39,673 nt of DNA from Nitrospiraceae bacterium (GTDB lineage Bacteria; Nitrospirota; Nitrospiria; Nitrospirales; Nitrospiraceae), in the NCBI GenBank assembly GCA_041629275.1, contig JBFKNO010000001.1:1-39673 (forward strand), in the 5' to 3' direction. Under the pieces are notes generated by a model. It was given only the letters and a program-made list of their open reading frames with translations, was not told the origin of the DNA and made no database searches. Position numbers and translations under genes: made by a program. This document shows positions 7,674-15,318 of this stretch, piece after piece. The stretch's first letter is position 1. The number at the start of each line of letters is the position of its first letter.

Positions 7674-8558
7674 ATGATCCAGGTTTCGTACATCAGTTCG
7701 GCCACCAAAGCAATGTCGACGGACGACTTGCTCGTGCTGCTGCAGGAATGTCGAGAGCACAACGCGCCGCTTGGCATCACCGGCATGCTGCTCTACGGCA
7801 ATGCCACCTTCGTGCAGGTTCTGGAGGGGGAAGAGAAAGTTATCAATGATCTCCTCGCCAAAATACGGCGGGATCCTCGGCATTCAAATGTCCAGTTGCT
7901 CTCCCGGAAACAGATCGACCGGCGAGAGTATGCGGATTGGAGCATGGCGTTCAACCGCGTCTCAGGTGAGGAGCTCCAGTCCGTCGAGGGACTGCGCGAT
8001 TTTTACGAGAAGGACTTCACCCCCGACTACCTCGCTCAACACGGCAACGTCGTCCAGTCGCTCATGAATCATTTTCGAAAGGATCGACTCAAGGCCATCG
8101 GCCAGGAGGAGCTCTCGGTTGACCAGGAGGATCGGTTGATCAATCTGCTCCATCGCACCATCCGTGCCGCCGTGAGGGTGCTCGCTGTGTTGATGACGCT
8201 GACTATCCTCTGGGGCATCGTGGACGTGATTTATGTGATGTACGACAGGCTCGTGCGCCCATCGTTTGCCGAACTGGCGATCCGCGACATCATCACCACC
8301 TTCGGCGCCTTTTTGGCAGTGTTGATCGCCATTGAGATCTTCATCAACATCACGATGTACCTCCGGAGTGACGTCATCCATGTGAAGCTGGTGGTTGCGA
8401 CCGCGCTGATGGCGATCGCGCGAAAAGTCATCGTGTTTGATTTCAAGCAGTTGACGCCGCTCTATATCCTCGCCACGGCGGCAGTGGTGTTGGCATTGGG
8501 GCTCACCTATTGGCTGATCGAAAGAAGAATTTCCTGGGGGGAGCCTGATAGGCTATAG
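7674..8558 (+). CDS. BLUF (blue-light FAD sensor) domain fused to a PsiE-like 4-TM membrane domain
   Basis: GAGGAG lies 7 nt upstream of ATG 7674. BLUF hallmarks are Y6 (VSYISS), N30, Q48 (FVQVLEG) and W89/M91 (DWSMAF). The C-terminal ~140 aa has 4 hydrophobic helices with FLAVLIAIEIFINITMYLRSDVIHVKLVVATALMAIARKVIVFD, the pattern I recall for the PsiE family. Confidence 0.8.
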   Translation: MIQVSYISSATKAMSTDDLLVLLQECREHNAPLGITGMLLYGNATFVQVLEGEEKVINDLLAKIRRDPRHSNVQLLSRKQIDRREYADWSMAFNRVSGEELQSVEGLRDFYEKDFTPDYLAQHGNVVQSLMNHFRKDRLKAIGQEELSVDQEDRLINLLHRTIRAAVRVLAVLMTLTILWGIVDVIYVMYDRLVRPSFAELAIRDIITTFGAFLAVLIAIEIFINITMYLRSDVIHVKLVVATALMAIARKVIVFDFKQLTPLYILATAAVVLALGLTYWLIERRISWGEPDRL

Positions 8559-8648
8559 TGATAGACGTGGAGAGTGCGTGGACGCGCCGTTCGACCGCTG
8601 CTGGACATGCGGGACGGCCCGGCCGGAAGAGGCGGAAGGAAAGGAGAC

Positions 8649-8951
8649 ATGATGACACTGAACGTTGCACGAATCGCCACCCTGCTCACCCAGGCGGGAG
8701 CGGCGCATCACGAGTATGAGCAGACCCAACTCAAAGGCAAGACCGACAGCGCCTGGGCCGATTGGTACGCCGAGTTCCTGGTCAAGCATGGCGTGCAGGA
8801 CATCGTCGGAGCACAGGTCACGGCCCGACAGCTCAGCCAGGGCCTCATCCAGGCGACCGATTCCCACAAGAAGGAGCAGTCCGGCCTGGCGTGGGCCGAG
8901 TACGCGGCGACGAAGATCGCCGAGGTCTTCGCGACGGTGTCCAAGTCCTAG
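8649..8951 (+). CDS. hypothetical protein (100 aa)
   Basis: A strong RBS (GGAAAGGAGAC) sits directly before ATGATG at 8649. It contains an HHEYEQ...WADWYAEFL motif of an unknown family. It lies 90 nt downstream of the BLUF gene on the same strand. Confidence 0.55.
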   Translation: MMTLNVARIATLLTQAGAAHHEYEQTQLKGKTDSAWADWYAEFLVKHGVQDIVGAQVTARQLSQGLIQATDSHKKEQSGLAWAEYAATKIAEVFATVSKS

Positions 8952-8964
8952 CTCGCGGACGAAC

Positions 8965-8986
8965 GTTCCAGGTTTCAGGTTTCACC
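8965..8986. repeat. copy of the GTTCCAGGTTTCAGGTTTCACC intergenic repeat
   Basis: GTTCCAGGTTTCAGGTTTCACC lies 14 nt after the TAG at 8949-8951. A degenerate inverted partner follows (GGTTCCTGAGTCCTACGACCTGGGAC, about 8992-9017). Confidence 0.5.
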
Positions 8987-9034
8987 AGAATGGTTCCTGA
9001 GTCCTACGACCTGGGACGCTTCCCTCCCCTCTGC

Positions 9035-9610
9035 TCACTCCCGTTGATCGCGGCTCTCAACGAGCGCTTCCTGTAGCGCCTTCATACCCACGCCCCAGAT
9101 GCTGCGCGCCGCTCCCTGGTCGCGACCGTAGGCGGCGGTCAGGACCGTCAGGCTCCAGCCGGTGACACCCTGAACATGAAAAATGGTCGGATGGACCTCG
9201 AGCACCATGTCGAGGTGCAGGCGCCGCTCCAGGGTGTCGCTCGCCAGTTGCAGCAGCTCCGAGGTGCGGCGATTGAGAAAACCGGCCAGATCCATCAGGG
9301 TCATGTTCGTGTTGTGGGTGAGCCGGGCATAGCAGAGGGTGATGAAGGACGTGAGGGCCGTCCCGTGGTCGGGATGACTGACATGGGCAAAGGCTTGGTC
9401 GGCCGCCAGAGACATCAGTGGGGATTCTGCGGAGTTGATCGTGCGCAGCAGATCGCGCGTCTCGGGCCAGCCGATGCAAGGAGGTAGGACCGCGACCCAT
9501 TCGGGGTGGGTCTTCAGGTCTACGAAGTTCGATTCGGGCGTCCCATCGCTGTTGGGAATTCCGTAAGGGACGTGAAAGACCTCGTCACGCTGGGAGATTC
9601 GAATACCCAC
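9035..9610 (-). CDS. hypothetical protein (191 aa)
   Basis: The ORF has a GTG start and protein-like composition. I recognised no family and saw no clear RBS. Confidence 0.5.
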   Translation of the reverse strand: MGIRISQRDEVFHVPYGIPNSDGTPESNFVDLKTHPEWVAVLPPCIGWPETRDLLRTINSAESPLMSLAADQAFAHVSHPDHGTALTSFITLCYARLTHNTNMTLMDLAGFLNRRTSELLQLASDTLERRLHLDMVLEVHPTIFHVQGVTGWSLTVLTAAYGRDQGAARSIWGVGMKALQEALVESRDQRE

Positions 9611-9760
9611 GTGGGCGCGGGCTCAGGAGGGTGAGGAAGGCCTATTGTAGCAGGTTCGAGGCCCTGCCTTCGCCGGCGCACCCCCTCGATCGTAGCGGTT
9701 GTCACGGGCTCGGAGACTCCGTTAAGAGGAGAGCCTGCTCATCCTGAGGCGCAGAAACTT

Positions 9761-9786
9761 AAAATAAGACATGAGCATCTTATTTT
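9761..9786. promoter_or_regulatory. perfect 9-bp inverted repeat in an AT-rich divergent promoter region (operator-like)
   Basis: AAAATAAGA-catgagca-TCTTATTTT, followed by TATGAT-like sequence. It sits between gene starts at 9610 (-) and 9815 (+). Confidence 0.4.
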
Positions 9787-9814
9787 ATGATGATGTTTTA
9801 GTTGGAGATTCACG

Positions 9815-10369
9815 ATGCGTATTCTACCTGTCGCTCTCCTCGCATTCCTGGCCCTTTCTGTCACGCCCCCTCATGCCGGCGCGGTGGAGCCCATCGAGGA
9901 CGCCTTCGGCCTGAGGATTGGAGCGGAGTTCGTTCCGCTCGAGGGCCCGGACGCCTTCACGACGTTGAACGGCTCGCGCGCCTACTACTTCGCTCCGGAG
10001 ACGCCCTCCCCGTTCTTCACGCTGTACCTCGCGCAAATCACCCCGATCACGCACCTCGTGCATACGGTCATCGCCATCGGTCCGGGCCCGGATCTGCAGA
10101 CCTGCCTGGAGCACCGGGCGAACCTCATGCCGGGCCTCACGGAGCGGTACGGCAAGTCGTTCACCTTCGAGCCGCCGGCTGGACCCGCTTACGAGAAGGA
10201 TTATGAGATCATCCTCCAGGCGGATCAGAAGCGCGGTGTGGGGGTGACGTGCGGGGGCAATGCGGACGTAATCCTGCAGATCATCTACGTGGACGATGTG
10301 CTGTCCGACCTGGCGGAGCTCGAGCGCTTGCAGCTTGCGAGTGAGGCCACCGACAAGCTGGTTTTGTAG
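9815..10369 (+). CDS. secreted hypothetical protein
   Basis: GGAG lies 7 nt upstream of the ATG. It has a classic signal peptide, MRILPVALLAFLALSVTPPHAGA. Confidence 0.6.
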   Translation: MRILPVALLAFLALSVTPPHAGAVEPIEDAFGLRIGAEFVPLEGPDAFTTLNGSRAYYFAPETPSPFFTLYLAQITPITHLVHTVIAIGPGPDLQTCLEHRANLMPGLTERYGKSFTFEPPAGPAYEKDYEIILQADQKRGVGVTCGGNADVILQIIYVDDVLSDLAELERLQLASEATDKLVL

Positions 10370-10513
10370 TGCTTTGGCATTCCGTCCAACCCTCTGTCGA
10401 TAACCACCTGTGTTTCTGACTGCCCGGCACGTGGTTACCGCACCTGGACTTTGGCGGCGCCCTTGTTTACCCTTGCCTGCAGGTCCCACGACGGCCGGTG
10501 AGGGGACGCCGCC

Positions 10514-11050
10514 ATGCGCTTGTCCCGACAGAAGCTTCAGACAAGGCTCATCGACGGGTTCTGGGCACTAGCCCTCGTGGCAGGCCTCCAGGCCTGCACG
10601 CACCAGCACATCCAGGAGCCCACCGGCCTGGCCATTGAGGCCGGCAGGCGGGTCACGATGGAGTACACGATCAGAGGCGCGGACGAGACGGTCCTGAGGA
10701 CGACCGCGGGCGACGGTCCATTCTCCTATGTGCACGGCCAGGGGGAGCTGCGGCCCTCGCTGGAGCAGGCGTTGACCGGCATGCGTCGCGGTGGGACGGC
10801 GCGTATCCGCGTCGCCGCGAGCGAGGCCTTCGGTCTCTACAACGAGGCGAAAATCATGACGTTGCCACGCACAGGATTTCCCCCCGATGTGGCCGTCGGT
10901 GCCGAGTACGAGGATCAAATCGGGCGCACCTTGCGCGTGATCGCGCTCGATCATGAGTCGGTGACCGTGGACTGGAACCATCCGCTGGCGGGGCAGGATC
11001 TCTTCGTGGAGGTCGTCATCCTGGACGTGCAGAGGGCGGAGCCGCGATAG
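10514..11050 (+). CDS. FKBP-type peptidyl-prolyl cis-trans isomerase (SlyD-like, lipoprotein-type signal)
   Basis: Motifs are VTMEYTIRG, GQGELRPSLEQALTGMRRGG and DWNHPLAGQDLFVEVVILDV. The N-terminal LVAGLQAC is lipobox-like. Confidence 0.8.
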   Translation: MRLSRQKLQTRLIDGFWALALVAGLQACTHQHIQEPTGLAIEAGRRVTMEYTIRGADETVLRTTAGDGPFSYVHGQGELRPSLEQALTGMRRGGTARIRVAASEAFGLYNEAKIMTLPRTGFPPDVAVGAEYEDQIGRTLRVIALDHESVTVDWNHPLAGQDLFVEVVILDVQRAEPR

Positions 11051-11070
11051 ACCACGAGAGGAGGACATGC

Positions 11071-11331
11071 ATGGCAAGGAAGAAGAGACCTTCGCGCAAA
11101 CCAGGCGCACGGGCTCAGCGACCCGGTCGCCGCAGCCGGACCGCGGCCACGTCACGGTCCCGCGGGATCAAGCCTGATATGGATGCCCTTTCGGAACGCC
11201 TCGACATGATGTTGCCCGAGCTGATCGCTCGCGTGGCGGCAGTCGAGCATCTGCTGGTGGAGAAAGGGATCTGCTCCCACGAGGACCTCCTGAGGTCCAG
11301 GCGGTTCATCGATGAGCAGGAGAGCTGGTAG
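11071..11331 (+). CDS. hypothetical small basic protein
   Basis: A strong RBS (GAGGAGGA) lies 5 nt upstream, and third-position G+C is high. It has an Arg/Lys-rich N-terminus followed by a helical C-terminus. Confidence 0.5.
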   Translation: MARKKRPSRKPGARAQRPGRRSRTAATSRSRGIKPDMDALSERLDMMLPELIARVAAVEHLLVEKGICSHEDLLRSRRFIDEQESW

Positions 11332-11446
11332 GCGGCTCCGGTCGGGCTTGGCGACATCCGACTGTTCAACACAGACGGAGCCGGTGTCGATGGTGACGGA
11401 GCGCCGGCCGGCGGCGGGAGATGCACCGGAGCTCGGTGTGGCGCGT

Positions 11447-12103
11447 TTAGGAAAATGGCGCGGCGCCCGCCGTCGACGGGGAGGTCTCCTCGAGCAAACC
11501 GAGGGCATGGAAGCGCCGGTGGATGGCGTCGAGGATCGTCCGGCGAAGGTCGTGCCGGTAGGGGGCCAGCGCATCGTCACGGAGGTACCGGTCGACCGTC
11601 TTGGGGAGGCGGCGCCACCATGCTTCGGCGAAACGCCGGGCCAATCGGGCGGCGCCGCCGCCCGCGACGAGGAGTTGGCGGATCTCCCGCTCGAAAAACC
11701 CGACGTGGACTTCCTCATCCTCGAGAATCGGTCCTAGGTCCGGCCGCAATCCCACCAGAAGCTTCGCAAACTCGAGCCCCAGCGTCTCATAGCCGAACAG
11801 GTGCACCGCCAGCGCCGCCCATTGCTCCGGCACACGCGGCAGAGCCGGTTTGTCTCGGGCGCGTGTCCCCAGGGAGGCCTCGAACTCCCGAAGATGCCGC
11901 GCCTCGTCCTGCTCGTGGCGCAGAAGAAAACGCCGCACGTGGGGCGGAACGTCCGTCCCCTGCGCAGCCTTGACCGACCACATGGCCATCGCTTCGGCTT
12001 TGACGAAGCGCAGCAGGAGGGCGCGTTCACAGGTGGGAGGCAAGTGGATCGACATGGAATGGGTATGCTCGGGCATCGAAAGGCTGCTCACGGTGCCGTC
12101 CAA
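11447..12103 (-). CDS. ferritin-like (di-iron carboxylate) domain protein
   Basis: It has two ExxH-type motifs, HEQDEARH and EDEEVH, spaced as in ferritin-like four-helix bundles. Confidence 0.55.
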   Translation of the reverse strand: MDGTVSSLSMPEHTHSMSIHLPPTCERALLLRFVKAEAMAMWSVKAAQGTDVPPHVRRFLLRHEQDEARHLREFEASLGTRARDKPALPRVPEQWAALAVHLFGYETLGLEFAKLLVGLRPDLGPILEDEEVHVGFFEREIRQLLVAGGGAARLARRFAEAWWRRLPKTVDRYLRDDALAPYRHDLRRTILDAIHRRFHALGLLEETSPSTAGAAPFS

Positions 12104-12208
12104 CCCGGTATTCTACATCAGCCGGCGGCCGGTTCGCTCCCCCCTTCGCACCCGTGCTTGATTTTGAATGCTCGCGCCAGTAGGCTGCCCCCGCCCTCAC
12201 CGTGACCC

Positions 12209-13039
12209 ATGGGACGAGCGAGGCCGATGCAGACGAATGAATACCGAGAGCACTTGGAGCTGGCACGACGCCTCGCGCGGGAGGCGGCCGGCGTGATCAT
12301 GCCGTTTTTCCGGTCGGTCGCCGTGGAGCACAAGCGTGATGGGACCGAGGTCACCGAAGCGGACCGCCGCGCGGAGGAGCACATTCGGGCGGCGCTCATG
12401 CGGGCGTATCCGGCTGCCGCCGTGCTCGGCGAAGAGTTCGGAGGAGACCAACTGCCGGTGTCCGGCGACCAGTGGATCGTCGACCCGCTGGACGGCACGG
12501 CCTCGTTTGCGCTTGGCCTGCCGACGTTCGGCACGCTCATCGGATTGTTGCGCGAAGGCGATCCCGTCGTCGGCGTCGTCCACATGCCGGCGCTGGGGGA
12601 GACGGTCTACGCCGCGAAGGACGCAGGCTGCTGGTTCGAGCTCGCGGGCGAGACTCCCACGCGGCTCCAGATCGCTCCCGTCGGGTCCCTGGGGAAGGCC
12701 TTCGTGTCGGCCGGCGGTCTGCACGCGTCCATTCTGCAGCCCGTCCCGGGGCTGCGCCCCTACCCGCTGGACAAAGTGGTCGCGCGGGCCAAAAAGTTTC
12801 GCGTCGTGAGCGATTGCATCCAACACGTGCTCGTGTGCCGGCAACGGCTTCATGTGGCAATCGATCCGGTCATGTCGCCCTGGGACAGCGCCGCCCTCGT
12901 GCCCTGCGTGCGCGAAGCCGGCGGTGTGGTCAGTAGCCTGACCGGGGAGTGCGAGAACGTCGTCTTTGCCGGCAGCCTGCTCAGCGCGGCGGATCGCTCC
13001 CTCCATCAGGAAGTCGTCTCGCTCATCACGCGGCCGTGA
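12209..13039 (+). CDS. inositol monophosphatase family protein (possibly histidinol-phosphatase HisN type)
   Basis: Motifs are GEEFGG, WIVDPLDGTASF and SPWDSAA. An alternative start is at 12227. Confidence 0.8.
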   Translation: MGRARPMQTNEYREHLELARRLAREAAGVIMPFFRSVAVEHKRDGTEVTEADRRAEEHIRAALMRAYPAAAVLGEEFGGDQLPVSGDQWIVDPLDGTASFALGLPTFGTLIGLLREGDPVVGVVHMPALGETVYAAKDAGCWFELAGETPTRLQIAPVGSLGKAFVSAGGLHASILQPVPGLRPYPLDKVVARAKKFRVVSDCIQHVLVCRQRLHVAIDPVMSPWDSAALVPCVREAGGVVSSLTGECENVVFAGSLLSAADRSLHQEVVSLITRP

Positions 13040-13104
13040 GCTGTGAAAACTTCGGCGAGCGTGTGAAACTCGTCGGTCTCTGTCACGGCCGCATGTCCCC
13101 CTGT

Positions 13105-13192
13105 CGTCCCCCGCAGTTCTTAGCGGGGATCCATCTTTCTCTTGCCTCTTATGATCCACAGGATGGATTCCCGCGTCCGCGGCAATGACGGG
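13105..13192. repeat. inverted pair of REP-like palindromic units (BIME-like)
   Basis: Unit 1 is 13105-13134, CGTCCCCCGCAGTTCTTAGCGGGGATCCAT. Unit 2 is 13163-13192, ATGGATTCCCGCGTCCGCGGCAATGACGG. Each is internally palindromic, and they lie in opposite orientation. Confidence 0.6.
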
Positions 13193-13265
13193 ACGAGATG
13201 GCAGGGGGCATCAGCGGGACCGCGGGACGTTCTGTCCCGTTATGGACAACCTGTCACGTCAGGAT

Positions 13266-13277
13266 AATCAATTGATT
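13266..13277. promoter_or_regulatory. perfect 12-bp palindrome AATCAATTGATT (operator-like)
   Basis: The sequence is self-complementary. It sits in an AT-rich patch of the 520-bp intergenic region upstream of 13559. Confidence 0.35.
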
Positions 13278-13375
13278 TTATTCAGCTATGTGCGGAGACC
13301 CGGCGACGATCTTTCCTCCAAGCTCCCTCCGGCTCGATCACCGGCAGCCTGAAGGCCCATGGAACTTGCCGAAAA

Positions 13376-13409
13376 CAATCAAGCCAATCAATGAGATACA
13401 GATGATCTG
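13376..13409. promoter_or_regulatory. direct CAATCAA repeats plus CAGAT-g-ATCTG palindrome
   Basis: CAATCAA occurs at 13376-13382 and 13385-13391, the same half-site as in the 13266 palindrome. The palindrome is at 13399-13409. Confidence 0.3.
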
Positions 13410-13558
13410 AATGTTTTCTGCCAGGCCCCCGGCCGATGGTACGGCGGTTGCTTTACCCAGACCCTCGACTCCGGCAGCCAGGCCGTCGAAGGGCCCGTTC
13501 CAACCCTTCGTGACCCGGACAGAGGCCGCACGTGGAGCTAGAAGGGAGCTAGTCGACC

Positions 13559-14506
13559 ATGCCGATCATCGAACGAGACCCCTGGCGGACCCAGTATTTC
13601 CAGGCGGTGCCCTGCCCGGACGACGTCACGATCCCCACCGACGACGGCGACGCCTATGAGCTGTTTCCGGCCCACCGGTGGGTATACAACAAAATGCTGA
13701 TCTGCGAGACGCAGGGGTTGGCACATGCGCCGCACGGGCTCCTTCCCCCCAGGTTCCCCGTGTTCAGCAAGCCCATTTACAACATGAAGGGTATGGGCAC
13801 AGGCAGCGCGGTGATCGAGACCCCCGAAGCTTATGAGCGCAAGCAGCAGCCGGGGCACATGTGGATGCCCCTGCTGTCCGGCGAGCACGTCAGCACGGAT
13901 GTGGCGGTCCGGGACGGCGAGCCCCTCTGGTGGCGTCACGTGATCGGCAAGGCCCTCGGCAATGGGATGTTCGATTATTGGACGGTACTGGCGGAGGCGC
14001 GTACCCACCTCGAAAGCTACCTGGGAGCGTGGCTCCGCAAATACCTCCAAGGCTACGCGGGCATCGTCAATTTCGAAACGATCGGCGGCACGATCATCGA
14101 ATGCCATCTGCGCATGAGCGATCAGTGGGTGGATCTCTACGGCCGCGGCTGGGTCGAGCACATCGTGTTGCTCTACACCGGCCGACGCTGGACCTACAGG
14201 GACGCCGACAGGCGAACCGGTTACAGTGTGGTGCTGTTCGGCGAGCATGGCGCGCGCTATCCGAAGGTGAGCGCCGACGTCGTGGGGGCCTGTCTCGCGC
14301 AGCCGGGTATCTCGAGCATCCAGATCCCCTTCCATCAGGACAAGGACCCGGAGCTTCACGCCATGCCGCCGGGCGGCTTCCGGCTGGCGATCGTGAACTG
14401 CTGGGACCTGGACGCGGGGTTGCGAGCTCGCGACGCGCTCAGGCAGACCTTCATGGCGACAGAGCGCCCGGGCGTCACGGAGCCGGGCCAGTTCATGGCG
14501 GCGTGA
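13559..14506 (+). CDS. conserved hypothetical protein, probable ATP-grasp fold
   Basis: It has SKPIYNMKGMGTGS (a Gly-rich loop after KP), GEHVSTD and NFETIGGTIIECHLR, which resembles the E-x-N/R catalytic strand of ATP-grasp enzymes. The product call is inference. Confidence 0.6.
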   Translation: MPIIERDPWRTQYFQAVPCPDDVTIPTDDGDAYELFPAHRWVYNKMLICETQGLAHAPHGLLPPRFPVFSKPIYNMKGMGTGSAVIETPEAYERKQQPGHMWMPLLSGEHVSTDVAVRDGEPLWWRHVIGKALGNGMFDYWTVLAEARTHLESYLGAWLRKYLQGYAGIVNFETIGGTIIECHLRMSDQWVDLYGRGWVEHIVLLYTGRRWTYRDADRRTGYSVVLFGEHGARYPKVSADVVGACLAQPGISSIQIPFHQDKDPELHAMPPGGFRLAIVNCWDLDAGLRARDALRQTFMATERPGVTEPGQFMAA

Positions 14507-14549
14507 CGCGGACCAAGTCAGCCTGCACAGTGGCAAGGAGGGAGCAAGC

Positions 14550-14993
14550 ATGGCAGCGCAGAGTGCAGTATTAGATGAAGTTTCGGGTCGGCTGGACAGG
14601 GTGAGTCATACGCAGGCGGTGAAACCCCGGCCGCGGAGTGAGGCTTCCCACCGTGGAGGCAAGGTAAAGAGTCGGGGACATGAGGATCGCGTGTCCCTGC
14701 TCAGGCCCATCGCTTACACGTTCTCGTCGATGATCGAGGAGGCGACGGAGCGCAACGGGACCGCCAAGTTGACCAACCGCACCGGGACGGCTCTCGGCTT
14801 GAACCTCGGCCCCGGCGGCCTCTTGGTCCTCATGGGTGAGCCAGTCTCACTCGGCCAGGTCCTGCGCGTCCGGGTGCCGGCATCGCTCCCGCATCTGAGC
14901 ACGCCGACCCTGGTCGACGTCCGATGGTCGAAACGATTGCCCTTGGATCGGGCAAGCTCCGCCTACCTCGTCGGCCTGCGATTCCTGCTGTAG
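14550..14993 (+). CDS. PilZ-like domain protein with degenerate c-di-GMP motifs
   Basis: A strong RBS (AAGGAGGGAG) lies 5 nt upstream. HEDRVSLLRPIAY and GTAKLTNRTGTALGLNL occupy the positions of RxxxR and DxSxxG but do not match them exactly. It starts 44 nt after the upstream gene. Confidence 0.55.
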   Translation: MAAQSAVLDEVSGRLDRVSHTQAVKPRPRSEASHRGGKVKSRGHEDRVSLLRPIAYTFSSMIEEATERNGTAKLTNRTGTALGLNLGPGGLLVLMGEPVSLGQVLRVRVPASLPHLSTPTLVDVRWSKRLPLDRASSAYLVGLRFLL

Positions 14994-15044
14994 TTTGCCG
15001 AGGCCGATCCAAGCCCCCGTATCCCACCACTCTCCCAGGGAGGG

Positions 15045-15257
15045 ATGTTTCCCAGCGCGCCGCTTTCCGCGCAGGTCGACGTGCAGCACATCACCGTGCT
15101 TCGTCGCGGCGACTGGACCACCCGCATCGAAACGCACACCCGCCTGACCGCCGGGTCCGATGTCTTCCGGCTCCACGCGACGCTCGACGCCTACGAGCAA
15201 GGCACCCGTATCTTCTCCAAGCGGTGGGATCGATCCTTCCCGCGCGATCTGGTCTAG
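15045..15257 (+). pseudogene. possible stranded C-terminal fragment of a larger (hydrolase-like) gene
   Basis: The 70-aa ORF ends ...FSKRWDRSFPRDLV. It reads like terminal beta-strands rather than a stand-alone protein. It is in the same frame as 14550..14993, separated only by the TAG at 14991-14993. The family assignment is from weak recollection. Confidence 0.3.
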
Positions 15258-15318
15258 TCACGGGTCGCGGAGGAGCCGTCGGGTCGTCCGGCGAGCCGAT
15301 TCGTCCATACGGACTCGT

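Noticed and set aside
8509-8652. Alternative-frame small ORF ending ...GECVDAPFDRCWTCGTARPEEAEGKET between the BLUF gene and 8649
   Set aside because: It has only a single CxxC, no convincing start or RBS, and it overlaps the end of the BLUF gene and the RBS of the next gene.
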